Origin: Aulosira sp. ZfuVER01
GTDB lineage: Bacteria > Cyanobacteriota > Cyanobacteriia > Cyanobacteriales > Nostocaceae
NCBI GenBank assembly: GCA_034530615.2
Contig: JAVRCV020000068.1
Location: 79,393-143,392, forward strand
Length of the DNA: 64,000 bases
Direction of reading: 5' to 3'
Numbering within the stretch: position 1 is the stretch's first letter; every line of letters begins with the position of its first letter. This document shows, piece by piece, positions 31,633 to 44,700 of this stretch. Position numbers and translations under genes: made by a program. A model generated the notes under the pieces. The model saw only the letters and a program-made list of their open reading frames with translations. It made no database searches and was not told where the DNA came from.

Positions 31633-34600
31633 TTACGAATTATTTTGACGAACAGGTATTTGAATCAGAAATTCAGTACCTTGATTGGGTGTGGAAACAC
31701 AATTCAACTTACCACCATGTTTTTCTGTAATGATTTGATAACTAATAGACATCCCCATTCCCGTGCCACTACCAACAGGTTTAGTTGTAAAGAATGGATT
31801 CAACATTTGTTTTTGCACCTCTAATGTCATACCGATACCATTATCTGCGATCGCAATTTCTATCCAATTAGTATCGATGGCTGAAGTACGAATGATAATT
31901 TTGTTGGGGTTTGCTTGTCTTTCCTCACAGGAGCGTGCCTTATTTTTTTCTTCTATTGCGTCAATAGCATTTGCCAAAATATTCATAAACACCTGATTTA
32001 ATTGCCCGGCATAACATTCTATTAAAGGTAATTTGCCATAGTCTTTGATAATTTCAATATTTGGGTGTTTTGCTTGTTCTCTGAGGCGATGCTGTAAAAT
32101 TAATAGTGTACTTTCGATGCCTTCGTGAATATCAACCTTTTTAAACTCGGCTTCGTCCATGCGAGAAAAAGTTCGCAGCGATAAAACAATTTCACTGATG
32201 CGCTCAGTACCCACTTTCATGGATTTGAGAGTTTTTGGTAAATCTATCTGGATGAACTCTAAATCAAGCTCATTCAACAATTTTTGAATTTCTGGCTGAT
32301 TTAAATTGTGTTGTTGATACAGGTTCATCAACTGCAATAAATTTTGGGTATATTCTTCCACATAGGTAATATTGCCATGAATGAAACTGACCGGATTATT
32401 AATTTCATGCGCTATACCTGCTACCATCTGTCCCAATGCAGACATTTTTTCACTTTGGAGCATCTGAACTTGGGTGCGATGTAATTCTTCTAAGATATTC
32501 TGCAGTTGATTGTTTTTCTCACTTAGTTCTTGGGTGCGTTCTTTAACTTTATCTTCTAGTTCCATAAAAGCTTGTTGTAAAGCTGTGTACAGACGAGCAT
32601 TTTCTAAGGATATTGCTGCTTGAGAAACTAATAAATTCAAAACTTGTACTTTATCAGTTGTAAATGCTCCTATAGTCAGGTAATTTTCTAAATATATTAT
32701 GCCGAGCAATTCACCTTGCTGCATAATTGGCATACACAACATACTCTTGGGCTTTTCTTGTTGAATATATATATCAGCACTCCAACTATTTTCTGTAGTG
32801 ATATCTTTAATAACTAATGTATCTAAAGTATTTTTGACATAGTTAATGATGCTATGAGGAACATCATTGCTATCTTTAAAAGGGACAAATTGTAAAATAC
32901 AATTTTGATTGTTTTTGAGGTTAGTAGTTGCTTCAATAACTAAATTGTTATCTCGTAATAACATCAATACAGATTTAGTAGCACCTGCACTTTCTAGAAC
33001 AATCTGCATTATCTGAAAAAGTAATTTTTCGAGTTTAATTTCACTCGATATTGCTTGGGATGCTTTGATGATTCCTGGTAAATCGAGAAATGATGAGGTA
33101 GTTATGGTAGTTGAATGAACCGTGCGTAAAGAAGTTAAGGCAATGCTTTCATTCGTTGGCAGGGAATTGTGTTCTTGTTGCAGGATGGGAGTAAGTAATT
33201 GGGAATAATGTTTTTCCAAGTCTAATACTTTGGCTAGGCTTCCCCAACGGGTATAGCAATAGTAAGCCTCCTGCATATAGGCTGCGGCAATCTTTTCTTT
33301 GCCCCATTCTAGATAGAATTTCGCAGCGAGTTCATTTGCTAATGCTTCTTCTTGGAGATATTGGTTTTGTTTGGCAAGTTGAATGGCAAGATCGTAATGT
33401 TCTGTAGCATCGGTTTTCTGAGCTAAAACTCGATACTTTTCTGCTTCCACCAAATGAAACTTATGTAAATGATTCATGGGGGCGTGATCTGCCCATTTTT
33501 TGATTTTTTTCTGGTTTGCTACTACACGTTTGAGAATTCGTTTTTTGTCTTGAGGAGAAGCTTGGCTAGCAAGTGCTAAAGCAGTCAATGAATCGTAAAA
33601 ATAGAAAATAACTGATGTGACTAAGCCGATACCTGCTTCTAAATTTTGTTGAGCTTTTTCTAGAATTTCTGCTCCATACTCTAAGTCTGTAAATAAGTAG
33701 CTTAAAATGGCCTGATTTACATAAGCAATAAATAATCCCGCTTTGTCGTTTTTGGCTTGTTGCTGTGCCTCCATACGACTGAGAGAATACAAATCGCCTT
33801 CAAGTCGAGATGCTTGGGTTGATTTGCCTAGCAAGGTAAGCACTGCTTGATAGTAAATTTTGTGAGCTTGCAGTGCTGTTTCTTGGTTAAGTTGAGTAAT
33901 TGCTTGACTATAAAACTCATACTTTTGCTCTATGTCTGCCAGATTTGTACCAGCAAAATAGCTATGCGCGCAATAGCCAAAAACTGACCAAGCTGCAAAT
34001 TCTTTATCTCCGCTATCTAATCCTGCTTGGTAGCTTTCTAATAATGGTTCTAGGGTTTCTCTAACGTGCTGTTGCCAAGGGTAGATAAAGCAGTGAACAG
34101 CGTTGACGACGCTGGCTTTAATTTCTTTTGCATCAAATTTTTCTACCAATTTGAGTGCTAATTGACCAAATTGATAGCCGGATTTAATATCACCTAAAAA
34201 ACCACAGAGAATTACTCCATACCATGTATAAATAAACGCAGATAAATTAGTGTTACCATATCTGGCAAATAAGCCAACTGCACGAAAAACTAGCAATGGT
34301 AATAGATTAGGTGCGCCATTAAAGGCAGCCGATATAGTTTTTGACAACACTTGAACCACAATGATTTTATCTGGTGCTGTCATGGTGGGTAGGGCTTCTA
34401 GAGATGCGATAGATTTACCCATTAAAGCCAGTTTAGTGTCTATTAAGCCCAGCACAATCTTTGTTGTAGTTGGCTTGTTAGGGAATTTGACACCAAATTT
34501 TTTGACCACCGTTACAGCGATTTTGACTGCTTCTACAGCTTGTCCTTGAAACATCAATGCTTGGATTTTGGTTTCATAGACTTTCGCTGTGTCTAGATGG

Positions 34601-37113
34601 GAGCGTCCGTTTTCTAGGACTACTTTGATAACTTGCTCCATCTGCGGAAAATTACCAGACAAAAATGTGGCGCGTGCTAATTCATTGGAAATCTCTAAAG
34701 CTAATGGGTATTGACTTTGCCAGCAATCTGTATTTAGGAGTTTTTGGCTGGTGTGGAGATAGTCTATGCCTGCAACATAAGCAGTAGAAGCGATCGCTTT
34801 TTTTGCAGCTTGCAAATTTAAGCGAGCCAGCTGCTCTTGTTCTAATTTATCAGTAATCAGGGGCAAGCCAAAATTTAGCTGATTGGCGATCGCAAAAATC
34901 TGCTCTTCCCGTTCAGCTGCATCAAGATTTGCCAGCAAGAGTTTACCGATTTTGAGGTGAGTATGTTGTTTTTGCTGGTCAGGAATCAAAGAATAAGCGG
35001 CTTGTTGGACGCGATCGTGAAAAAATCGATACCTGGCTATTTGGTGAGTATTAGTTGAAATTTGTTGTAAATTTGCTGGAGTGTCATGGGTCTGATAAAA
35101 CTTATAAACTTCACTAACTGGGAGAATTAAACCTTCTTGTAAAGCTTTCCATAAAGCTGTGGCTGTTGCTACTGGAGATTGTTCACAGACAATTGCTAAT
35201 GTCTCTAAATCAAATTGAGAACCAATACAAGCAGATAACTTCAAGACAGCTTGAGTTTCTAATGGCAACTTTTGCAATTGCAATGCCATAAACTCAACCA
35301 CATCATCAGTAAATGCCAAAGCTTTAATTTTCGCAATATCACAAAGCCAATATCTAGCCTCTAAATCAAACTCAATCAGCCCATCTTCCGATAATGACTT
35401 GAGAAACTGTGTACTAAAAAAAGGATTGCCTTGAGTTTTTTGATATAGCAATTCTGTGAGAGGTTTTGCCAGTGCTATAGAACAATGGAGGGTATCTGCT
35501 ACTAGTTGATTTAAATCGGTTTTCTGGAGAGCGTTAAGAGTAATATTATTAATCTTTGTACCAATTTTATGAATTTTATCTAAAGTCAGCATCAAAGGAT
35601 GAGCAGGTGTAACTTCATTATCTCGGTAAGCACCAATGAGTAACATATAAGCAGAATTAGCTTCACTCATTAATAATTGCATCAGTTTCAAAGAAGCAGA
35701 ATCTACCCACTGTAAATCATCTAGAAAAATTACCAAGGGATGCTCTTTAGTTGTAAAAATCTGAATAAATTTCTGAAATAATAAATTAAATCTATTTTCT
35801 GCGGCTGTTCCTGAAAGTTCCGATGCTGCTGGTTGTTCACCAATAATTTTCTCTAATTCAGGAATCACATCAATAATTACCTGTCCATTCTCCCCGACAG
35901 CCGCTAAAATCAGACTTTTACATTGCTGGATTTGAGTATCACTTTCACCTAATAATTGCCCCATCAAATCCCGAAAAGCTTGGACAAATGCTGAAAAAGG
36001 AATACTCTTTTGAAATTGGTCAAATTTCCCTTTGATAAAATATCCCCGTTGCCGCACAATCGGTTTATGCACTTCATTGACAACCGCAGTTTTACCAATT
36101 CCAGAGAACCCAGCAACTAGCATGATTTCGCTGTTACCATCAGCTATTCTTTCAAAGGCTTGTAGCAAGGTTTCTATCTCTTGTTCTCGACCATAAAGAT
36201 TTTCTGGAATCAATAATCTGTCGTTGATATCTCGACTACCTAAGATAAAATCTGCGATCGTGCCTGTGGTTTGCCATGCAGATAAACAAATTTCTAAATC
36301 ATGCTTTAAGCCCGCCGCACTTTGATATCTATCTTCGGCATTCTTTGCCATTAATTTCATCACAATATCTGAAAGCATCTGTGGAATTTCTTCCCTGTTC
36401 CCCGTTCCCTGTTCCCTCTTCCCCAATACCATAGGCATTTTAGCGATATGAGAATGCACTAATTCGATTGGATCGTTAGATAAAAATGGTAATTCACCTG
36501 TGAGTAATTCGTAGAAAGTCACGCCTAAACTATAAAAATCAGTGCGATAATCTATACCCCGATTCATCCTGCCAGTTTGCTCAGGAGAAATATAAGCGAG
36601 AGTGCCTTCTAAGACGTTAGGATTTTGTAGTTGTGGAGTTTCTCTAGGTAGTAGGGATGCAATGCTAAAGTCAATTAATTTAATTTGATGATTTACGGGA
36701 TTAATTAGGATATTGGCAGGTTTAATATCTTTATGAATAACTTGATGGTGATGTAGTGCCTCTAAGGTTGTGGCTATGGCAATAGCAACTATTAAGAAAT
36801 TGCTCATGGAGAATTTCTGATTTTCTATTCCCCACTCTTTGAGGGAAATACCACCAAAATCCTCCATGACAAAAGCGTAACTATTGCGGTATGCTTCTAG
36901 ACTGATTGGTTTGATGATGCCTGGTAAGTCTAAGTTTTTTGTGATGGTGTACTGGTTGCGGAATTGTACCAGTTCGCTAAAACTGGGATAAGGATTTTTC
37001 AGCAGTTTAATCACTACTGGTTGGTTGTCAATCTCTCGGTATCCGCGATAAACCAGAGTTCTAGAACCGTTGTAAAGTTCTTCGCTTACTTGATATCCGA
37101 GAATTCCAAACAT
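31633..37113 (-). CDS. Ser/Thr kinase-AAA-GAF-histidine kinase hybrid (HstK type)
   Basis: HKDIKPAN, GFSGIGKT, LDDLQW, GAF, AHEINNP, FFTTKPVG. Confidence 0.95.
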   Translation of the reverse strand: MFGILGYQVSEELYNGSRTLVYRGYREIDNQPVVIKLLKNPYPSFSELVQFRNQYTITKNLDLPGIIKPISLEAYRNSYAFVMEDFGGISLKEWGIENQKFSMSNFLIVAIAIATTLEALHHHQVIHKDIKPANILINPVNHQIKLIDFSIASLLPRETPQLQNPNVLEGTLAYISPEQTGRMNRGIDYRTDFYSLGVTFYELLTGELPFLSNDPIELVHSHIAKMPMVLGKREQGTGNREEIPQMLSDIVMKLMAKNAEDRYQSAAGLKHDLEICLSAWQTTGTIADFILGSRDINDRLLIPENLYGREQEIETLLQAFERIADGNSEIMLVAGFSGIGKTAVVNEVHKPIVRQRGYFIKGKFDQFQKSIPFSAFVQAFRDLMGQLLGESDTQIQQCKSLILAAVGENGQVIIDVIPELEKIIGEQPAASELSGTAAENRFNLLFQKFIQIFTTKEHPLVIFLDDLQWVDSASLKLMQLLMSEANSAYMLLIGAYRDNEVTPAHPLMLTLDKIHKIGTKINNITLNALQKTDLNQLVADTLHCSIALAKPLTELLYQKTQGNPFFSTQFLKSLSEDGLIEFDLEARYWLCDIAKIKALAFTDDVVEFMALQLQKLPLETQAVLKLSACIGSQFDLETLAIVCEQSPVATATALWKALQEGLILPVSEVYKFYQTHDTPANLQQISTNTHQIARYRFFHDRVQQAAYSLIPDQQKQHTHLKIGKLLLANLDAAEREEQIFAIANQLNFGLPLITDKLEQEQLARLNLQAAKKAIASTAYVAGIDYLHTSQKLLNTDCWQSQYPLALEISNELARATFLSGNFPQMEQVIKVVLENGRSHLDTAKVYETKIQALMFQGQAVEAVKIAVTVVKKFGVKFPNKPTTTKIVLGLIDTKLALMGKSIASLEALPTMTAPDKIIVVQVLSKTISAAFNGAPNLLPLLVFRAVGLFARYGNTNLSAFIYTWYGVILCGFLGDIKSGYQFGQLALKLVEKFDAKEIKASVVNAVHCFIYPWQQHVRETLEPLLESYQAGLDSGDKEFAAWSVFGYCAHSYFAGTNLADIEQKYEFYSQAITQLNQETALQAHKIYYQAVLTLLGKSTQASRLEGDLYSLSRMEAQQQAKNDKAGLFIAYVNQAILSYLFTDLEYGAEILEKAQQNLEAGIGLVTSVIFYFYDSLTALALASQASPQDKKRILKRVVANQKKIKKWADHAPMNHLHKFHLVEAEKYRVLAQKTDATEHYDLAIQLAKQNQYLQEEALANELAAKFYLEWGKEKIAAAYMQEAYYCYTRWGSLAKVLDLEKHYSQLLTPILQQEHNSLPTNESIALTSLRTVHSTTITTSSFLDLPGIIKASQAISSEIKLEKLLFQIMQIVLESAGATKSVLMLLRDNNLVIEATTNLKNNQNCILQFVPFKDSNDVPHSIINYVKNTLDTLVIKDITTENSWSADIYIQQEKPKSMLCMPIMQQGELLGIIYLENYLTIGAFTTDKVQVLNLLVSQAAISLENARLYTALQQAFMELEDKVKERTQELSEKNNQLQNILEELHRTQVQMLQSEKMSALGQMVAGIAHEINNPVSFIHGNITYVEEYTQNLLQLMNLYQQHNLNQPEIQKLLNELDLEFIQIDLPKTLKSMKVGTERISEIVLSLRTFSRMDEAEFKKVDIHEGIESTLLILQHRLREQAKHPNIEIIKDYGKLPLIECYAGQLNQVFMNILANAIDAIEEKNKARSCEERQANPNKIIIRTSAIDTNWIEIAIADNGIGMTLEVQKQMLNPFFTTKPVGSGTGMGMSISYQIITEKHGGKLNCVSTPNQGTEFLIQIPVRQNNS

Positions 37114-37343
37114 ACTGCTAAATCCTTGAGACTTTCAGATTTATTTTTCCCAGATATAGCAATCCTCAAACAACAAGAACCCAATTCGTAATTCGTAATT
37201 TGTAATTCGTAATTTAAAATACATGGATTATGAATTAATTCAAGAAGCCCATGCAAGTTTCTAAGCGACGGTAAGCCACCTACATAACTGGTTACTCAAT
37301 TCATTGATGAAAAAAGCCCCCGGATTCATTCGTGGGGTAATAA

Positions 37344-38723
37344 TTACGAATTATTTTGACGAATAGGTATTTGAATTAGAAACTCAGTACCTTGATTCGG
37401 CGTTGAAACACAATTCAACTTTCCGCCATGTTTTTCTGTAACAATTTGATAACTAATAGACATCCCCATACCAGTACCATTACCAACAGGTTTGGTGGTA
37501 AAAAATGGATTCCATATTTGTTGTTTAACTTCATCATTCATTCCTATGCCATTATCTGCGATCGCAATTTTGATCCAATTAGTATCGATGACTGAAGTAC
37601 GAATGATAATTTGGTTGATATTTCCCTGTATTTCTGCACAAGAACGTGTTTTATTTTTCTCTTCTATTGCATCAATCGCATTGGTAAAAATATTCATAAA
37701 CACCTGATTTAATTGTCCGGCATAACATTGTATTAAAGGTAATTTGCCATAGTCTTTGATAATTTCAATACTTGGATTTTGGGCTTTTTCTTTGAGGCGA
37801 TGTTGCAAAATTAATAGTGTACTTTCGATACCTGCGTGAATATCAACCTCTTTAAACTCGGCTTCGTCTATACGAGAGAAAGTTCGCAAAGATAAAACAA
37901 TTTCTCGGATGCGCTGAGTACCCACTTTCATGGATTGGAGAGTTTTTGGTAAATCTGTCTGGATGAATTCTAAATCAAGCTCATCCAACAAGTTTTGAAG
38001 TTCTGGCTGATTTAAATTGTGTTGTTGATACAAGTCAATCAACTGCAATAAATCTTGAGCATATTGTTCCACATGGATAAGATTACCGTGGATAAAATTG
38101 ACAGGGTTGTTAATTTCATGTGCGACTCCAGCAACCAATTGTCCCAAGCTCGACATTTTTTCTGATTGCAGCATTTGGATTTGGGTGCGTTTGAGTTCTT
38201 GGAGAGTGTCTTCTAAATTTTCTGCTTGTTTGCGAAGTTGGTTTTCCATTTGTTTGCGCTCGCTCATATCTCTAGCGACAACAACAACAGTATCTTCTCC
38301 CATCACAGCAATACTGGCTTCAAACCAAACTTCTCGTTCGCCAATGGGCAAGCTATATTCTATTTTCACAGTTTTTTTGGTTGCGATCGCCTGTTGAATG
38401 CAACTAAGAAAATAATCGGCAAAGCCAGAAGGTAAAACTTCATGCATAGTTTTACCCACCAGTTCCACAGGAGGTTTATATAATGAAGGTGCACTACTAG
38501 GTGCAATTTTTAAGTATCTACCCTCAGCGTTGAGAACCATAATTACATCTTCTATGGCATTGAATAATGCAAGTAATTCTGTTTGAGAATTATTGAGGGC
38601 ATCATGTTCTTGCTGAACGATGATGGCTTGATATTTCTGATTACATTCTGCTAACTGCTGCTTTAATTGAGCATTTTCCCGACGGAGGAAAGCAACTTCG
38701 TCATCTGGTACTTCTTGAGCCAA
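37344..38723 (-). CDS. PAS histidine kinase
   Basis: PAS (ELVGKTMHEVLP..ARDMSERK), AHEINNP, HATPase; TTG start with AGAGGTG SD. Confidence 0.9.
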   Translation of the reverse strand: MAQEVPDDEVAFLRRENAQLKQQLAECNQKYQAIIVQQEHDALNNSQTELLALFNAIEDVIMVLNAEGRYLKIAPSSAPSLYKPPVELVGKTMHEVLPSGFADYFLSCIQQAIATKKTVKIEYSLPIGEREVWFEASIAVMGEDTVVVVARDMSERKQMENQLRKQAENLEDTLQELKRTQIQMLQSEKMSSLGQLVAGVAHEINNPVNFIHGNLIHVEQYAQDLLQLIDLYQQHNLNQPELQNLLDELDLEFIQTDLPKTLQSMKVGTQRIREIVLSLRTFSRIDEAEFKEVDIHAGIESTLLILQHRLKEKAQNPSIEIIKDYGKLPLIQCYAGQLNQVFMNIFTNAIDAIEEKNKTRSCAEIQGNINQIIIRTSVIDTNWIKIAIADNGIGMNDEVKQQIWNPFFTTKPVGNGTGMGMSISYQIVTEKHGGKLNCVSTPNQGTEFLIQIPIRQNNS

Positions 38724-38745
38724 AATATCACCTCTTTTTGTACTG

Positions 38746-41700
38746 CTAAACAGGGATTTTAATTATAAATTCAGTACCTTGCCCTAAAAAGGAATTGCAC
38801 TCTAGCGAACCAGCGTGTTTATCTACTACAATTTGCCGCGCGGTCGCCAGTCCTAATCCCGTACCTTTGCCTACTTCTTTAGTAGTAAATAAATACTCAA
38901 ATATTTTTTGTTTAACTTCTTCATTCATCCCCTGAGCATTGTCAGCAATGCTAATTTTTACCTGGTTGTTCTCTACTGAAGTGGTAATTTTAATTTGATT
39001 GGGATTGACTTCAATTTCTGCAAATTCACACCCAGTATTTGATTCATCTAATGCATCTATTGCATTAGCAATAATATTCATGAATACTTGATTTAATTGC
39101 CCAGGAAAACACTCAATTTTTGGCAAATTACCATAATCGATAATTATTGAAATACCTGGACGTTGTTTATTAGCCTTGAGCCGATGTTTGAGAATTAAAA
39201 TTGTGCTGTCGATACCTTCGTGAATATCAAAAAGCACTTTGTAATCTTTATCTGCACGAGAGAAAGTTCGTAAACTAGTACTGATATTTTTTAATCTATC
39301 GCAAGCCAAAATCATGGAGGCAATTATCTTGGGCAGGTCTTCTAAGCTATAATCTAAGTCTATTTTTTTGGCATGGTTGAGAATTTGCTGATGGGTATGA
39401 GTTGAGCTTTCTTGATATAGCCGCAAATGTTCAATAATATCTGTCAAGATGGGTTGAGCTTGTTCGAGGCTAGCGGCAATAAAACCGAGGGGATTATTCA
39501 TTTCATGGGCTACCCCAGCAACAAGATTACCCAATGCAGACATTTTCTCATGTTGCACTAATTGCAATTGGGTTTGCTGGAGATGTTGGAGTGTTTGTTC
39601 TAGTTGGGTTGCTTGTTTTTGAGTTTCTATCAATAAATCTGTTTGTTGGAGTGCAACTCCCATTTGTGCGCCAACTTGCTGGGCAAATTGAATTTCAAAA
39701 GGTTGCCAATGGCGTGGGCGATCGCATTGATGAATGCAGAGTAAACCCCAAATTTCATCATCTTGCATAATTGGTACTACCAAGGATGCTTTAACCTGGA
39801 ATTGTGCTAGAAGTTCTCGATGACAATCTTTTACCGTATCTGAGTTGACATCGGTTATGGCACAGATGCGTCCTTGTCTATACAGGGTGGCAAAGTTTTC
39901 ACCAAAGCAATTATCTTGAACTTTCACTGCTAAGGCAGAAGAAAATTGTGGTAGTACATCCTCTGCGATAAACTCACCATATTCATAATTTGCATCTAAA
40001 TAGAACTGATAAATACCGACGCGATCGGCATTGAGAATTTGACGAATATTTTGGGTGACTGCACGAAAAATCGCATCTAAGTCTAAAGACTCGCGAATTT
40101 GAGTAACAACCTTAAATAAGGTTTTTTGTTGCTGGAGAGATTGTTGTAGCTGTTGGGCTTTTTCTTGCGATTCTTGATACAGGCGGGCATTTTCCAAAGA
40201 AATAGCGGCTTGGGCTGATAACATTTGGATAATTTCTAGGCGATCGCTATTAAATACACCACTTATTAGTTGATTTTCTAGGTAGAGAATACCTACTAAA
40301 TTTCCTTGATGAATAATTGGCATACACAATACACTCTTAGGTTGTATTCTGTAGATATATTCTCCAATTATGCCTGGAATATCTGTTTGGCAATTATCAA
40401 TGACAATGGTTTTCTGAGTATTTTTGACGTAATTGATAATATTTTTGGGAATATCTTGGCAATTATCTATTGTTTGGGCGTTAATTGTAGTTTGAATATC
40501 ATCAATAAAATTGGCTTGATGATTGATGAAAGTAATTGCCTTAACTTGCCAATTGCTTTGTGCTTCGGGGAGAATCAAGGCACATTTTTTAGCCCCAGAG
40601 TTTTCTAAAATAATGTGAGTCAGACTAGCCAGTAATTGATCTAATTCGATGGTACTGGAAATAGTTTGAGCCGCTTTCAGAGCAGAGGAAAAATTTAGGG
40701 CATCAGTAATGCTGGTGCTGTGAGTAGTGGATATTTGCGCAATAGTGGCAATGGTTTCTGAAGGATGGAAGTTGAGTCGTTGCTGTTGCAGGATGGGTTT
40801 GAGTAGTTGAGGGTAGCGTTTTTCTAGCTCGTCAGTTTTGGCTTTTGCGCCCCAGCGAGCGTAGCAGTAGTATGCTTGTTGTACATATCCTTGGGCAGCT
40901 TTTTCTTTACCCCAATTGAGGTAAAATTTACCAGCGAGTTCATTGGCGATCGCTTCTTCTTGGAGATAACCGTTGGCTTTAGCTTCGGTAATGGCGCGCT
41001 CGTAAAGTTCCAGGGCTTCCAGATATTTTCCGGCAATTCGCGATCGCTCTGCTTCGACTAGCAAATACTTATGCAAGAAGTTTTCTGCACAGCTTTCTGA
41101 CCATATTTTAAGTTGGGCTTGATTAATTTCAATCTGCTGCAAAACATGACTACGTTCTGCTTCTGGCAAACTGGGATAGTGCTTGCACATAATCAGAGAA
41201 CCGTAGTAATAGTAACCGGCAGAAGTGGTAAATCCGGCACAACCATTCAGAAATTTCCGCGCCTCTGTTAGATAGTGAATGTCCGGCTTGCAGCCCTGAA
41301 TTAGGCAAGCTCGAAACATTTGCAGAATGTAATAAGTGCCAAGGGCTGTATAAGATTTCAATGCCTCAGAACGTTCGACCCAAGCCTGCTCTGCTTTTAC
41401 CAGATCTGGTTCTGGCTCATCTAAAGATTGTGAAAGTTGGTTAACAAAGAAACGGCTAGCAGCAAGGATGCTCAGTAAAAAATCATGTTTTAATTTCTCT
41501 CCAATCAACCAATATTTATCAATGTCGAGCGCAATATCTGACAGGTTTTCACCTTGAAATAGCCGATTCAAAATATTACCGTATAAATTATATCCAGCAT
41601 GGATAATTTCTCCGGATTCCAATCCTGCTAAAAACCCTTGATAGTTGATCTCAGCCGCTCCTTGTATTGGTTTTGCCCAAACTTGAATAGCGTAACTTAA

Positions 41701-44700
41701 GATAAAGCAAGCCCTAGATTGTTGAAATTTATTATTGAGCTTATAGCTTAATTGCAGGGCAAGGTCAGCAAACTCAAGTCCGCGTTGGTACTGACCATGT
41801 ATCAGTCCAATTAGAAAACCGTAGGAAACATACGCTTTAATGGATTCAGCGGTGTTACCCTGTTCAATCGATAAACGGACAGCTCGGAATGTTGCGAAAC
41901 TGTACAGATCAAAATCAGAGACAATATAGGCGGGTGGTTGCAAAATAATCAATAATTCGATCGCGGCTCGAACTTCTGGATTCGTTACCGCAGGCAAATC
42001 CAGCAAGGTGGCGATTGAGCAATTTTTCAAGCTGTCTTCAACAATGGCAAACTCTTCTTGAGCCAATTGCCTTAAAGTATCTCGGTCGAATGTTATACCA
42101 AGACTTCGCAACCCGGCCAAACCCGCCTGGATAGATTCTACAAACTGCCCTTGCAAAGAGTACTGATCAACCCTCAGAACAGAAATTTTGGCTCGATCGA
42201 TATTTGAGTTGGCAAATTCGAGTAAGGTTGATACCGTCTCTTCTAACAACTGGAAATCTCCACTCATCAACGCGGCTTCTGCTAAATTGAAATGGAGAGC
42301 AAACGCTAGATGATACGCAGCAGTCCAAGCATCTTTGGAGAGCAAGTTTATCCCGATTTGGGAATAATTCTTTGCCGCTTCATAGGCTGTGGAAGCTTTC
42401 GCTTTTTGACCCGCAGTTAAATTGAGTTCTGCAAGCTGTTGTTTTTCGCTTTCATCTTGAAGTAAAAATTTCCCAATGTTGATTTGGTTAACGACATTAA
42501 ATATTCTGTCATCCAGTTCTGTGGTTGATAGGTTTCTTAGCAGTAGTTTGCCGATGTGGTAGTGACTTGCTTGCTTTTGGTTTTCCGGAATCAAAGAATA
42601 GGCGGCTTGTTGAATGCGATCGTGCAGAAATTTATAGATAACTTTTTCGGAATTTTCTTGAGTAATATCTTGATTATCTGACCCTAAAAAAAACTTATAA
42701 ACCTCACTTTGAGGTAAGATTAAACCGTTTTGTAAGGCAATCCATAAACAAGTAGCAGTTTCTATTTTTGATTTTTGAGATACAATTGCTAAGGTTTCTA
42801 AATCAAAAGAATTGCCTATGCAGGCAGCTAACTTTAAAATAATTTGAGTTGATTCTGGCAATTTTTGTAATTGCAATGCCATGAATTCGACTACATCATT
42901 TGTGAGCGATCGCTGATTAATTTCTGCTAAGTCACATTGCCAGTGTCTTTGCTCATAATTAAAATAAATCAGCCCATCTTGGTGTAATGCTTTAATAAAT
43001 TGTGTAGAAAAAAATGGATTACCTTGAGTTTTTTGGTAGATTAATTGTGCGAGTGGTAAGGCTAAATTTTCTGGACAAGCTAAGGTATCGGCGACTAACT
43101 GATTCAGTTTAAATTCATTCAGCGGTCTTAGATTAACTGTATTAATTTCCGCACCATTTTTTTTGATTTCATCCAATGTCAATATTAAATGATGGGCCGC
43201 AGACACTTCATTATCTCGATAGGCACCAATGAGTAGTAGATAGCCAGAATTTATCTCACCTATTAATGATTGCATCAGTTTTAATGAGGCAGAATCAATC
43301 CATTGGAGATCGTCCAAAAAAATCACTAATGGATGTTCTTGATTAGTAAATAATTTAATAAATTTTTGTAAAGCTAAATTAAATCTATTTTGTGCGGCAC
43401 TACCTGATAATTCTGGAGCAGGTGATTGTTTACTAATAATTAGTTCTAGTTCGGGAATTACTTCGACAATTATCTGAGCATTATCTGCTAATGCTTCAGT
43501 AATTTTATGTTGCCATTTTTGTAATTGTTGAGCGCTTTCTGTTAGTAATTGTCCCATTAAATCGCGGAAAGCCTGCACAAATGCCGAAAAGGGAATATTC
43601 CGGTTAAATTGGTCAAACTTGCCTTTAATAAAATAACCCCGTTGTTTAACAATGGGTTTATGGACTTCATTCACAACCGCAGTTTTGCCAATGCCAGAAA
43701 AACCCGCCACCAGCATAATTTCAGTAGCACCATTAGCAACGCGATCAAATGCTTTTAGTAGAGTTTGAACTTCATGTTCACGACCGTAGAGTTTTTCGGG
43801 AATAATAAAGCGATCGCACACATCTCGCTGGGCAATATTAAAGTGTTGAATCTGACCAGTTTCTTGAAGTTGAATTAAGCAATTTTCCAAATCATACTTC
43901 AATCCCAAAGCACTCTGATATCTGTCTTCAGCACTTTTCGCCATCAATTTCTGAATAATATCATCCAAAACTTGAGGAACTTTTTCACTGTTAACTGTTA
44001 ACTGTTGACTGTTAGCTGAAGGAGGGATTTTCGCAATATGACAATGCACCAGTTCCATCGCATCTTTTGATTGAAACGGTAATTCTCCAGTGAGTAATTC
44101 ATAGAAAGTAACACCTAAAGAATAAAAATCAGTCCGGTAATCAATCCCCCGATTCATTCTTCCTGTTTGTTCTGGAGAAATATAAGCAAGTGTCCCTTCT
44201 AAGACCTTGGAACTAATAAGTGTTTGAGTTTCCCGTGGTAACAAAGATGCAATACTAAAGTCAATTAGCTTTACTTGTTTAGTTTTGGGATTAATTAATA
44301 TATTGTTGGGTTTGATGTCTTTATGAATAATGCAATTTCGGTACAGTGTATCTAAGGTATCGCAAAGAGATATAGCAATTGGCAAAAACTCCTGTAGAGA
44401 CCCAGCATATTGCCTCTGGGGTGAGATGAAATAATCTTTGAGGGAAATTCCCCCAAAATCTTCCATCACTATTGCATAGCCATTCTGGTAAGGTTCCAGG
44501 CTATAGGTTTGGATGATTCCAGGTTGACGAAGATTTTTGGCAATGCTGTACTGATTGCGAAACTGCACCAGTTCGCTGAAACTAGGATAAGGATTTTTCA
44601 GCAGTTTAATTACTACAGGGTTGTTGTCAATCTCTCGGTATCCGCGATAAACCAGGGTTCTACAACCGTTATATAGTTCTTCGCTGAGTTGATATCCGGG